A stretch of DNA of 64,000 nucleotides from an uncultured Gemmatimonadales bacterium (GTDB lineage Bacteria > Gemmatimonadota > Gemmatimonadetes > Longimicrobiales > RSA9). The notes below the pieces were generated by a model. The model did not search any database. It was given only the letters and a program-made list of their open reading frames with translations, and was not told the DNA's origin. The stretch lies in NCBI GenBank assembly GCA_963708135.1, contig OY970192.1:1088001-1152000 (forward strand). Direction: 5' to 3'. A program made the position numbers and the translations under genes. This document shows positions 10,253 through 19,628 of this stretch, piece after piece. Every line of letters starts with the position of its first letter. Positions within the stretch are counted from its first letter, which is position 1.

Positions 10253-10768
10253 CTAATGGTGGCTCTTCTCTTTAGCCGCTTGTGCCATCGCTCCGCGCGC
10301 GCCACGCGAAGGCAGGTACACCTCGACGGTTCTTGCCATGCCAACCCCTCGTACCCATCGAGGCTTCGACTTGAGCAGGCGAATGAGGGTAAACTCAGCT
10401 ACACGTTGCTCAGCAGTCGGAAAGGCCGATTGCCGTGGAGCCGCCGGCGTGGCCCTGAACAAACCGTCAACCTTGGCCGTATCACCAGCAAACTCGCGCA
10501 CCGCGGCTACCCCGAACAGAGCCTGCAAGAGCAGGGTTGGACTAGCGCCGGCGGCGGGAAGCACCAGCACATCAAAGGGCTCGCTACCCGCGCGCCTGAG
10601 GAGCACTGGGCCGCCATCCTGAAATGCAAACGAATCAGGAATGGCCACGGTTACGGGGACTCTTTTCGCAAGTTCGGCCTGCAGGCTGCCGTTGCCTTGC
10701 GCAAGAGCACCCACCGGACAAACTAGCACGAGACAGCTAAGGACGCAAACGTCCAGCGCCAACCGCAT
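10253..10768 (-). CDS. Hypothetical exported protein (lower-GC islet)
   Basis: 171 aa ORF with signal peptide ending ALAQ and a GAGGAGG RBS overlapping the upstream stop. Confidence 0.65.
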   Translation of the reverse strand: MRLALDVCVLSCLVLVCPVGALAQGNGSLQAELAKRVPVTVAIPDSFAFQDGGPVLLRRAGSEPFDVLVLPAAGASPTLLLQALFGVAAVREFAGDTAKVDGLFRATPAAPRQSAFPTAEQRVAEFTLIRLLKSKPRWVRGVGMARTVEVYLPSRGARGAMAQAAKEKSHH

Positions 10769-10778
10769 AAATACCTCC

Positions 10779-11316
10779 TCATTCGCATACGGTGACCGGA
10801 ACCGTTGCCAAGGTAGACCACGTTACGCCACCATCATAACTTACCAGTACAGTATAGTACTCGATGTAACAATAGCTTGGATCACCACCGCCCCCTCCTC
10901 CTGCCAAAAGGCCACCGACAGTGCAACCCATCTCGGGGTCGACAATGAATCCGATGGCGCAGCCAAAGTAAGCCGCGGCACGATTTGCCAAGCAGTTTGC
11001 GTAATCATCCATACACTGCGCGTAGCATATCGCCCGCGACGTGGCACTCGACATCTGGCTGCATTCGGCAATGCACGACTGATATTCGTTATAATTCGTT
11101 ATAGCAGTCCGTAGCATCAAAGTCAGCCAAGTCGAAAACACTCACCGGTCGGCCTGAACGAACGCATGTCGGCGACGGCTGCTGTGCCGCGTCAACCGGA
11201 GGGACCTGGTTGCGCTGAACAGCGACCGGATCCCGACAACCGGTCAGCGAACTTCCGATCGCAGCCGCAAAGAGCGAAGCTCCAAAGAGGCGAACGACCA
11301 AGTCCTTGGTTCTCAT
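10779..11316 (-). pseudogene. Cys-rich lipoprotein interrupted by a 10-bp tandem duplication
   Basis: GGAGG RBS and lipobox LTGC. attcgttata is duplicated at 11084-11103; removing one copy fuses ORF 11089..11340 with ORF 10779..11141. Confidence 0.7.
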
Positions 11317-11380
11317 TCGAACCTCCTGGAAGGGATCCAAAGGTGTCGGCCCCTCGTGGGGCGGTCGGGCAATGCCGCGG

Positions 11381-11677
11381 TCAGGGGCCGAGGCCGATAT
11401 CTTCCATCCCCAACCATGTTAATCGCATACCTGCCCGCTGCGATCGGTCGTGGAGGTGAATTCCGGCCAGTTGTAGCGCGAGCAGCAGAGCCTGTAGCGA
11501 GTCTTCGCCGACCGCAGAGTACACAGCTTCGTCCTGTAGTCCATCAATACGTAGCGCGCACGTCCATCGTCCGGAGGAATCCACCTCTGGCCTAAACAAT
11601 CGCAACGTTATTTCCCTTGTCTCTCCAGTTGCGCTCCTGCCTTCCAGAACGCGCTCAGCTATTACTGACCGGTCCAC
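11381..11677 (-). CDS. DUF6968-like small protein
   Basis: VIAERVL..W.C...I.GL..GEDSLQAL.LAL pattern; AGGAGG RBS. Confidence 0.7.
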   Translation of the reverse strand: MDRSVIAERVLEGRSATGETREITLRLFRPEVDSSGRWTCALRIDGLQDEAVYSAVGEDSLQALLLALQLAGIHLHDRSQRAGMRLTWLGMEDIGLGP

Positions 11678-12010
11678 AAGTCCTCCTGTGGTTCTCGTAC
11701 GGGGAGTCCTTCGCGTGGTGCTATCAAATCAAGCATCCGGCCAATGATGCGGCGATGCGCTGCAATGGGAGGGTAAGGCAGGGATCTGTTCGCGATGGAC
11801 AGCCTAGATCGGGCACTCCCTCGGCGCGCATCGCCTTGTCCTGGCTGGGGCAGTGTGACCGCGCGAACACGTGAGCCGCAAGAGGTGCGGAATTGGAAAG
11901 CGCGACAATAATTGGTCCGTCTTTGTCCAGGCGCAAGAGTTCTCTCTTAATAACACCCGCGGAATCTGTCTGCACTCTTGCACACATTCGTCCCAGACGA
12001 AGACCTGTGT

Positions 12011-12175
12011 ATGCTGGACGTGATGGAGCTCGTGCGCGCCGAGCTCGAGAAGGCCCCGGACGCGAAGAACGAGGAAGTTATTCGAGAAGGCGTCAAGCTC
12101 GACAAGGCCGTGGCGAAGCCCACGCCCCGCCAGTTCCACGCGCGCTATCCCGTCCAGCCACACCCTCGGTTTCCT
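12011..12175 (+). pseudogene. Degenerate remnant of a small basic hypothetical protein
   Basis: VMELVRAELEKAPDAKNEE...LDKAVAKPTPRQFHARYP looks coding, with host-like codon use, but has no clear start or end. Confidence 0.3.
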
Positions 12176-12208
12176 GACGCTCTCGGGCGCCGCCCGCGAA
12201 CGGACCGC

Positions 12209-12700
12209 CTACCCCCACCCTTCATCGGCCGTGGGCCCGTACACCGACGGCACCGGGATGTCCAGCAGCCGCAGGTACACGGTCATCTGGCCGCCGTGGT
12301 GCGAGAGGTGGCTGATGTGCTGGCGCACGACCACGCGGCGTGGCACCGTGAAGATGACCTGCCCGTGGTTCTTCAGCGACCAGGCGACGTCGTAATCCTC
12401 GTCCGTCGCCGCCTCGATCGCCGTCCTCGCCGGCGCAACGTTCCCCTCGAAGCCCGCCAGCAGCGTCTCCGTCGTCTCGAACGAGTAGCCGGGCGCGTCC
12501 TCGAAGTCGAGCGCCGGCTCGGTCAGCGTGTTGGCGATCCAGCCCGGCATCCACGGGAGGAGCTGGGCGAGGTGGCCGAGGGCGAAGGATTTCGGGTGGG
12601 GCTTCCACTCCGCCTTCTCGCTCGGCACGCGCTCCAGCACGCGGCGGGTGGCGGCCATCTCCTGGTCGAATCCGGGGAGCAGCTGCTCGGTCATGGTCAT
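12209..12700 (-). CDS. DinB family protein
   Basis: TRRVLERVP..WKPHPKS..LGHLA and HLSHHGGQMTVYLRLLDIPVPSVYGP motifs. Confidence 0.85.
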   Translation of the reverse strand: MTMTEQLLPGFDQEMAATRRVLERVPSEKAEWKPHPKSFALGHLAQLLPWMPGWIANTLTEPALDFEDAPGYSFETTETLLAGFEGNVAPARTAIEAATDEDYDVAWSLKNHGQVIFTVPRRVVVRQHISHLSHHGGQMTVYLRLLDIPVPSVYGPTADEGWG

Positions 12701-13213
12701 GGGCGCCTCGGGGGTTCGGCGTTCGGGGTTTCCAGCGCCTTCCGGTCCCACGCGCCCCGCTCCGCCGCTGCCTCGTAGGTCTGCTGGAGGAAGGCCCCGA
12801 GCAGCGCGTCGGGATCCCCGGCGCCGCGCACCGCGTCGTACGGCAGCAGCCACTCGTGCAGCTCGGGGTGGTAGTACGCGCCGGGGACGGTGAGGGGCCA
12901 CGTCGCATACCCCACGGGCTCGGGGTAGGCGTACGAGTAGAACGCGGCATCGGTCACGAGCCCGCCGCCCGGCCAGAAGCCGGCGCTGCTCACCTCGTGG
13001 GAGTACGCCTCGCGGGCCACCCGGTCGGCCAGGTTGGGCACGCCGCCGGGGTGCTCCGGTGCGGGGCGGCCGGAGAAGCGGGTCACGGCCAGGTCGAAGC
13101 TGCCCCAGAAGAAGTGCACGGGGCTGCACTTGCCGATAAAGCCCGCTCGGAACTCCTGGAAGACCCGGTCGGCCTGCTGCACCGCGCCGAGGAACGCGCG
13201 CGCCCGCTCCGGC
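12697..13213 (-). pseudogene. DUF5996 family protein, N-terminally truncated
   Basis: FIGKCSPVHFFWGSFDLAVTRFSGR, EAYSHEVSSAGFWPG and FYSYAYPEP motifs; the N-terminal part is absent. Confidence 0.75.
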
Positions 13214-13214
13214 T

Positions 13215-13880
13215 GAGAGCCACGCGCGCTGGAGTCCCGACGGGCGCTGGCTGGCGTTCCTCTCTGCCAGGGAACTGGACGGCGCGACGGGCGGCGCGGG
13301 CGGCCCCGCCGCGAAGAAGGACCGCGGCGCGCAGGTGTGGCTGCTCGACCGGCGCGGCGGCGAGGCGGAGCGGCTGACAGACGTGAAGGGCGGCGTCGAG
13401 GATTTCGGCTGGGCGCCGGACGCGCGGCGGCTGGCGATCGTGGCCACCGACGACCCGGATAGCGCGAAGACCGGCGAGCCCGACAGCGTCGCCTCCCGGC
13501 CGAAGCCCATCGTGATCGACCGCTACCTCTTCAAGGATGACGGCCGGGGCTACCTCACCCACGCGCGCAGCCACCTCTTCCTGTCCGACGTCGCGTCGAA
13601 GAAGCTCGAGCGGCTGACCGACGGCGACTTCGACGACGAGGCGCCCGCGTGGAGCCCCGACGGCACGCGCATCGCCTTCGTGAGCAAGCGGGACGCCCTG
13701 CCCGACCCCGACCGGAACGACAACACCGACGTCTTCGTGATCCAGGCGACGCCGGGTGCGACGCCCCGTCGCCTCACGACCTTCGACGGCCCCGATGGCG
13801 GCCCGCTGGCATGGAGCCCGGACGGGACGCGGCTGGCGTTCGTGGAGGGGAGCCCGCCGAGGTTCTACACAACCAGGACT
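13215..13880 (+). pseudogene. Internal beta-propeller fragment of an S9 family peptidase
   Basis: WSPDG/WAPD repeats and PIVIDRYLFKDDG; there is no start codon region and no catalytic domain. Confidence 0.75.
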
Positions 13881-13999
13881 ACGGCCCGGCGGGCCCCGTC
13901 GAGCCTGAGGGCGGCGGCGGTGACGGACCGGCGGACGGCCGGCGTCTCCTCGAGGATCCGGCGCGCGCGGGCGGCGTAGCCGGGCCGCGGCCCGCTCAC
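13880..13999 (-). pseudogene. lutB: Probable LutB N-terminal fragment
   Basis: GTG overlaps the lutA stop (GTGA) and reads VSGPRPGYAARARRILEETPAVRRSVTAAALRLD before breaking off. Confidence 0.55.
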
Positions 14000-14714
14000 G
14001 CGGCGCTCCCGGCCCGCGCGCGCCAGAGGGCGCTCGCCAGGTGCAGCACGGGCGGCCCGCCGCCACGTCGCGCGATGCGGCCGCCGAGCTGGAGCAGGCA
14101 GCCGCCGTCGGCGGAGACGAGCACGTCCACGGGCGGCAGCGTGTCCAGCTTGCGGTCGGCCATGGCCGCCGAGACCTCCGGCAGCTTGACGGCGAAGAGG
14201 CCGCCGAAGCCGCAGCACTCACGGTCCGCCTCCCAGTCGACCACCGTCGCGCCGGCGGCGCGCAGCAGCACGGGCGCCTCGTCCGCGAGGCCGAGCTCGC
14301 GCAGGGCGTGGCAGCCATGGTGGTAGGCCAGCGTGGTGCCGGCGAGGCCGCTGCCGAGGCGCTCCACGCCGAGCACCTTCACGAGGAACTCCGCCAGCTC
14401 CCAGGTGCGGCCGGCGAGCTCCGTCCAGGGCGACGTCGCCCCCCGAGCTCCGGATAGAAGCAACGCACCATCGCCGCGCAGCTGCCCGACGGCAGCACCA
14501 CGTGATCCGCGCCGTCGAAGACGCGGCGTGTGTGCTCGGCCATGCGCAGCGCCTCTTCGCGGTAGCCCGCGTTGTAGGCCGGCTGCCCGCAGCAGGTCTG
14601 GTCGGGCGGGAAGGCCACATCGACGTCCAGCGAGCGGAGCAGCCGGACGGCGTCCGCCACCGCGTCCGCGAAGAACTGGTCGCCCAGACAGGTGGCGAAG
14701 AGCGCGACCCTCAT
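13996..14714 (-). pseudogene. lutA: Lactate utilization protein A (CCG domains), frameshift at C-run near 14440
   Basis: MRVALFATC, QTCCGQP and SGSCAAM in one frame; YHHGCH, ECCGFGG and DGGCLLQ in another. Confidence 0.85.
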
Positions 14715-14889
14715 CGGGACGCCGTCGCTCGCATCATCGGCCGCCGGGGGAGGGGGGAACGATCGGAGGAGAGTACCGGGTGCCGGAGCGGGGCCGCAAG
14801 AGGCGGAAAGGACACCGGCCGGCAGGTCACGACACCTGCCGGCCGGCTGTGGGATTGTAGGCGGGATTGGGTGGTGGGGTCCTCCGGCG

Positions 14890-15273
14890 TCAGGCCGTGC
14901 TGGCCAGCGCCGCGTAGTCTCCATCATCGAGCTGGAGGTGCACCCAGCGGCCCGTGCTGCCGCACTCCGGGCAATACACGTAGCTCGAGTCCAGCACCTG
15001 CAGGTCGGTCAGCCGGCCGCACGCATCACAGCCGCCGCGGAACGTCGGCCAACCTTCCTCCCTCATGCCGCTGCGCGCGAGGCGCACCGCCATGAGGATC
15101 TTCTTCTGCCCCAGCATCGGACAGAGCTCACCCGTGCAGCGCTCGCCGTAGTCCAGGCACACCAGCACCGGGCCGTCCGGCAGGTTCGCGTGCCCCTCGT
15201 GAGCGTGGTCCTCCGTCCAGGCGACACGAACCTTCTGGTCGCGCGCGGAACAGTACGCGAGTGTCGTCTCCAT
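14890..15273 (-). CDS. Small Cys-rich hypothetical protein (putative metal-binding)
   Basis: 127 aa with 8 Cys including CDACG and CPECG; GGAGG RBS. Confidence 0.7.
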   Translation of the reverse strand: METTLAYCSARDQKVRVAWTEDHAHEGHANLPDGPVLVCLDYGERCTGELCPMLGQKKILMAVRLARSGMREEGWPTFRGGCDACGRLTDLQVLDSSYVYCPECGSTGRWVHLQLDDGDYAALASTA

Positions 15274-15733
15274 CGATGCCCTCCAGGGATGTGTCCGGCG
15301 TCGCAGCCCGTACGGGCCCCGTCGTGCCCTTCGGCAACGTCCGGGCCGGATCCCGCGGCCGTCCCGCCAGGCGACGGATTCGCCGCGCCGGCGCGGTCGA
15401 TTCCCCCGATTCCGGCGCCGCGCGGCGGTGTCCCGGCGGGCGGGGGAGAGGGACAGGGCGCGACTTCGACGCGGCGGCGGTCGGACTGTTTGTCCCGTCT
15501 TCTCGACAGGGCCGCGCGGGGGCCGCGGGGCTCGGGGTTCGCGGCCTGGTGCGCGGAAGCAACGGGTCGTGTGGGGAGTTCGACGACAGCGTGCGCGGGC
15601 AATCCCCCGATGGTTTCCACCAACGCCTTACGCCATCGGGCGGTAGCTCGGCCTAGGTTCGGATTCAAGCGTACTGCCGGCCTCACCGGCCCGGGACCGC
15701 GGCCGGCGCCATCCGTCCACGTGGGGGCCACAC

Positions 15734-17671
15734 ATGGCGACAAGGCTTCAGGAAGAACCCGTCGCGCGAGAGCGTCGGGATGAGAAAGGGCGCGGCGCGC
15801 CAGGGCTGGAGCGGCGCGGCGAGCACACGGTCGAGATCGTCTCCGACTCGGGCGAAGGGGCGCAGAAGGCGGCGCAGATCTTCGGCGCGGTGTCGGCGAA
15901 GATGGGCAACGGCGTGTGGACCGTGGAGATCATCCCGGCGGAGATCCAGCCGCCGCCGCGGGAGCCTGCCGGGGCGAGCGGGAATCGGATCCGTCTCGGG
16001 TCGCGGGAGGTGACGAACTGGGGGGACGAGACGAACCTGGTCATCGCCTTCAACGAGCAGGTGCTGCTGAACCGGCACGAGCTCGGGGCGCTGGCGGAGG
16101 ACGCGGTGCTGCTGGTCGAGAACATGTGGGCGGCGCATCCGGACGAGGACATCCGGCGGCAGTGGCAGCGGGCGATGCGGCAGCTCGCGGGGCGCCGCTA
16201 CCGGGTGGTCGAGGTGCCGATGGAGGAGCAGTGCCTGACGGTCGTGGACAACGCGCGGAAGGGCAAGAACATGTTCGCGCTGGGGATCCTGTCCTGGATC
16301 TATGACCGCGACCTGGAGCTCGTGCGCGAGCAGATCGCCTACACGTTCCGGAAGAAGTCGCAGGAGGTCTACGACAAGAACGTCGCGCTCCTGGAGCTGG
16401 GGGTGCGCTGGGCGAGCGAGCACCTGGACTTCCGCATCGAGGTGCCGCCGACGCCGTCCACCACGCCGAAGGTGGTGATGAACGGCAACCAGGCGCTGGC
16501 GCTGGGCGGGATCGCGGCCGGGATGGAGCTGGCGGCGATGTACCCGATCACGCCGGCCACGTCGGTCTCGCACCACCTGGGCGAGGTGTTCGACTCGTAC
16601 GGCGGCGTGCTGCACCAGGCGGAGGACGAGATCGCGGCGATCGGCGTCGCGATCGGCGCCTCGTACGCGGGCAAGTGTGCCTTCACGATCACGTCGGGAC
16701 CGGGGCTCGCGCTGAAGACGGAGTTCCTCGGGCTCGCCACGATGATCGAGGTGCCGCTGGTGCTGGTGGACGTGCAGCGCGGCGGGCCGAGCACGGGGCT
16801 GCCCACGAAGGTCGAGCAGTCGGACCTGCTGGCGGTGCTGTACGGCCAGCCGGGCGACGCGCCGAAGGTGGTGCTCGCGCCGGCCACGATCGAGGAGTGC
16901 TTCCACGCGATGATCACGGCGCGGCGGATCGCCGATGCGTTCCGCACGCCGGTGATCGTGCTCTCCGATGCCAACCTCGCCACGGGCGTGCAGCCGTTCC
17001 CGCGGCCGAAGCCGGAGCCGCACTGGTTCGCGCCGCCCATGGACCAGAGTCCGGTGGCGGAGGGGAAGCGGCCGTACGACTGGGACGAGCGGACGGGGCT
17101 GGCGGAGCGCTTCATCCCGGGGCGGCCGGGCGGCATGCACACGCTGACCGGGCTCGTGCACGACGAGCGAGGCCGCGTCACCTACGACCAGCGGATGTAC
17201 CAGCACAGCTCGGACATGCGGGCGCGCAAGATCGCCGTGCTCCAGTCGATGCTGGAGCCGCCGGTCGTGAACGGCGATGAGGAAGGCGGCGACCTGCTGC
17301 TGGTGGGCTGGGGCAGCACGAAGGGCGCGATCGAGGAGGCGGTCGAGCGCGCGCGTGGCGAGGGGCTCTCGGTCTCCTCGACGCACCTGACCTTCCTCTC
17401 GCCGCTCCAGCCGGGGCTGAAGCAGATCTTCAGCCGGTTCCGCAAGGTGATGACGGTCGAGATCAACTACAGCGACGACCCGGCCGCGCCCTACGTGACC
17501 GAGGAGAACCGCCGGCGCGGGCAGCTGTCGATGCTGCTGCGCTCGGCCACCCTTGTGGACGTGGACTGCTGGACGCGCGTGCTCGGCGAGCCGCTGCGGC
17601 CCGGCGTGCTGGTCGAGGTGATCAAGAGCAACGTCAGTCGGGCGGGCGCCGCCCGGGGAGGTGCCGCGTGA
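15734..17671 (+). CDS. korA: 2-oxoacid:ferredoxin oxidoreductase alpha subunit
   Basis: SDSGEGAQ, YPITPA, QAEDEIAA, TSGPGLALK and QRGGPSTGLPTK motifs. Confidence 0.9.
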   Translation: MATRLQEEPVARERRDEKGRGAPGLERRGEHTVEIVSDSGEGAQKAAQIFGAVSAKMGNGVWTVEIIPAEIQPPPREPAGASGNRIRLGSREVTNWGDETNLVIAFNEQVLLNRHELGALAEDAVLLVENMWAAHPDEDIRRQWQRAMRQLAGRRYRVVEVPMEEQCLTVVDNARKGKNMFALGILSWIYDRDLELVREQIAYTFRKKSQEVYDKNVALLELGVRWASEHLDFRIEVPPTPSTTPKVVMNGNQALALGGIAAGMELAAMYPITPATSVSHHLGEVFDSYGGVLHQAEDEIAAIGVAIGASYAGKCAFTITSGPGLALKTEFLGLATMIEVPLVLVDVQRGGPSTGLPTKVEQSDLLAVLYGQPGDAPKVVLAPATIEECFHAMITARRIADAFRTPVIVLSDANLATGVQPFPRPKPEPHWFAPPMDQSPVAEGKRPYDWDERTGLAERFIPGRPGGMHTLTGLVHDERGRVTYDQRMYQHSSDMRARKIAVLQSMLEPPVVNGDEEGGDLLLVGWGSTKGAIEEAVERARGEGLSVSSTHLTFLSPLQPGLKQIFSRFRKVMTVEINYSDDPAAPYVTEENRRRGQLSMLLRSATLVDVDCWTRVLGEPLRPGVLVEVIKSNVSRAGAARGGAA

Positions 17672-18621
17672 GCTCCGCCTGCTCGCTCCTGGCCTTCGCG
17701 GCCGAGGACGACGACCGCGTCCTCGACCTTCACGACTACGAGGGCCCCGTGGCCCGCTGGTGCCCGGGGTGCGGGGACCACTCGGTGCTGACGGCCATGC
17801 AGAAGCTGCTCACGGCCGAGCAGCTGCTGCCCGAGACGACGGTCTTCGTGTCCGGGATCGGCTGCTCGAGCCGATTCCCGCACTACATGCACACCTACGG
17901 CTTCCACGGCATCCACGGGCGCGCGCTGCCGGTGGCCACGGGCGTCAAGCTCTCGCGCCCCGAACTGGACGTGTTCGTCGTCATGGGCGATGGCGATTGC
18001 ACCAGCATCGGCGCCGCGCACTGGCTGCACGCCATCCGCTACAACGTGGACATGACGGCGCTGCTGCTGGACAACAACATCTACGGGCTGACCAAGAAGC
18101 AGACCTCGCCCACCACGCCGCAGGGCTTCCCGAGCAACACGCAGCCGAAGGGCAGCTACCTGCCGCCGCTCAACCCGCTCGAGGCGACGCTGGGCGTGAC
18201 CAATGCCTCGTTCGTGGCGCAGACCGCCGAGTGGATCCCGTCGCACCTGTACGCGACGATCCGCGCGGCCTACCACCACAAGGGGTTCTCGTTCGTCCGC
18301 ATTCTCCAGCGCTGCCCGCAGTTCACCGACTCGCTGTTCAGGGAGGCGGTGCGGAAGCCGGCGCTCGTGGAGCTGCTCGTCCACGACGACGGCGTCATCG
18401 TGCCCGACCTGGACAGGGTCTACGAGAACCAGCTGCCGCACGACCCGAGCGACCTGGACGCGGCGAGGCGGCTGGCGGAGGCCTCCGATCGCATCCGGCT
18501 CGGCGTCTTCTACAGGAACGAGAGCCGGCCCCGCTACGACGAGATCCGCACCCTGCCGAGGCACACGGTGGAGGACAAGATCCGGATCATGAACGAGGAG
18601 CTCGACCGCTATGCCGTCTGA
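17668..18621 (+). CDS. korB: 2-oxoacid:ferredoxin oxidoreductase beta subunit (TPP-binding)
   Basis: WCPGCGD, SGIGCSSR, HGRALP, GDGD and NNIYGLTK motifs. Confidence 0.92.
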   Translation: MSSACSLLAFAAEDDDRVLDLHDYEGPVARWCPGCGDHSVLTAMQKLLTAEQLLPETTVFVSGIGCSSRFPHYMHTYGFHGIHGRALPVATGVKLSRPELDVFVVMGDGDCTSIGAAHWLHAIRYNVDMTALLLDNNIYGLTKKQTSPTTPQGFPSNTQPKGSYLPPLNPLEATLGVTNASFVAQTAEWIPSHLYATIRAAYHHKGFSFVRILQRCPQFTDSLFREAVRKPALVELLVHDDGVIVPDLDRVYENQLPHDPSDLDAARRLAEASDRIRLGVFYRNESRPRYDEIRTLPRHTVEDKIRIMNEELDRYAV

Positions 18622-19615
18622 CGATCGGAGCCAGCAGGCACTGCGCGCGGTGGACGGAGCGCGCCGGACGTTCCACTCCGCCGTCGCCGCGGCCGTCGAC
18701 GAGGTGGATGCCTTCCTCGACGCGCACGCGCTCCCGGCCGGCGACGGTGCCGGCCGGGCCGGCGCGGAGCTCGGTCCCTTCGCGGCGGGCCGCATCGACG
18801 CGGCGCGCTTCGGCGCGCTGTTCGGCGGCGGCGTGGCCCTCGAGCCGGTTGCGCTCGAGACGGTGCGCCGGGCGCGCGCGGTGCTGGACGAGATCGCGGC
18901 CGGCAAGGACTCGCTCTTCCTGGCCAGCGTGCCGTCCGGCGGCGACCTGGGCGCCACGGCCGTGGCCGCGCTCGGCCGCGCCGGCCGCGCGTTCGGCGCG
19001 GGCCACGTGGTCGAGCTGATCCGCTCCGGCCGCTACCGCGCGGAGGCGCACGACCACTTCCTCGAGGTCTACCCACCCGAGCTCTGGAACCGGGCCGAGC
19101 GCGAGGTGGCGCCGCCGCTGGTGGTCGAGGTGGACGGCTCGGACCTGCACGTATGCGCCCTGGCCGACCTGCTGCAGGGGCAGCAGAAGCTGGTGCTGGT
19201 GGTGCGCGGCTCCTGTCCGCCCGCGCCTCTGGTGCGGGCCATCACTCCGCGCGTGCTGGTGCTGCAGGTGACGGAGCCGGGTGGCCTGGCGTCGCTGGCC
19301 GCGAGCGACGGGCCGGGCGTGGCGGCGCTGGTGCCGGAGGGCGCCGCGCGGTTCGCCCACGCCCCGCAGGCCGGCGCCTGTCTGGCGGACCGGCTCCAGG
19401 TGGCCAGCCTGCCGGAGCCGCCGCGCACGCCGCTCGCGCGCTACACGGTCTTCCAGCAGGCGGAGGAGCTCGCGCAGCTCGCCGCGCTCGCGACGGAGGC
19501 GGTGCGGCCGGCGGACGCTGCGGCTCCGGCCGCTGCCGAGGGTGGCGAGTTCACGACGGCGGACAAGCTGGCCGCGTGGCTGCTCCGGCACGCCAACCTT
19601 CCGGACCCGGCCTGA
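18611..19615 (+). CDS. Hypothetical protein in the oxidoreductase/Rnf operon
   Basis: 334 aa ORF with host codon use; overlaps korB and ends 13 bp before rnfB. Confidence 0.75.
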   Translation: MPSDDRSQQALRAVDGARRTFHSAVAAAVDEVDAFLDAHALPAGDGAGRAGAELGPFAAGRIDAARFGALFGGGVALEPVALETVRRARAVLDEIAAGKDSLFLASVPSGGDLGATAVAALGRAGRAFGAGHVVELIRSGRYRAEAHDHFLEVYPPELWNRAEREVAPPLVVEVDGSDLHVCALADLLQGQQKLVLVVRGSCPPAPLVRAITPRVLVLQVTEPGGLASLAASDGPGVAALVPEGAARFAHAPQAGACLADRLQVASLPEPPRTPLARYTVFQQAEELAQLAALATEAVRPADAAAPAAAEGGEFTTADKLAAWLLRHANLPDPA

Positions 19616-19628
19616 GAGGGGCGGCGGC

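Noticed and set aside
11724..11987. 87-aa ORF in the lower-GC islet
   Set aside because: No RBS, motif or codon signal; cannot be supported as a gene.
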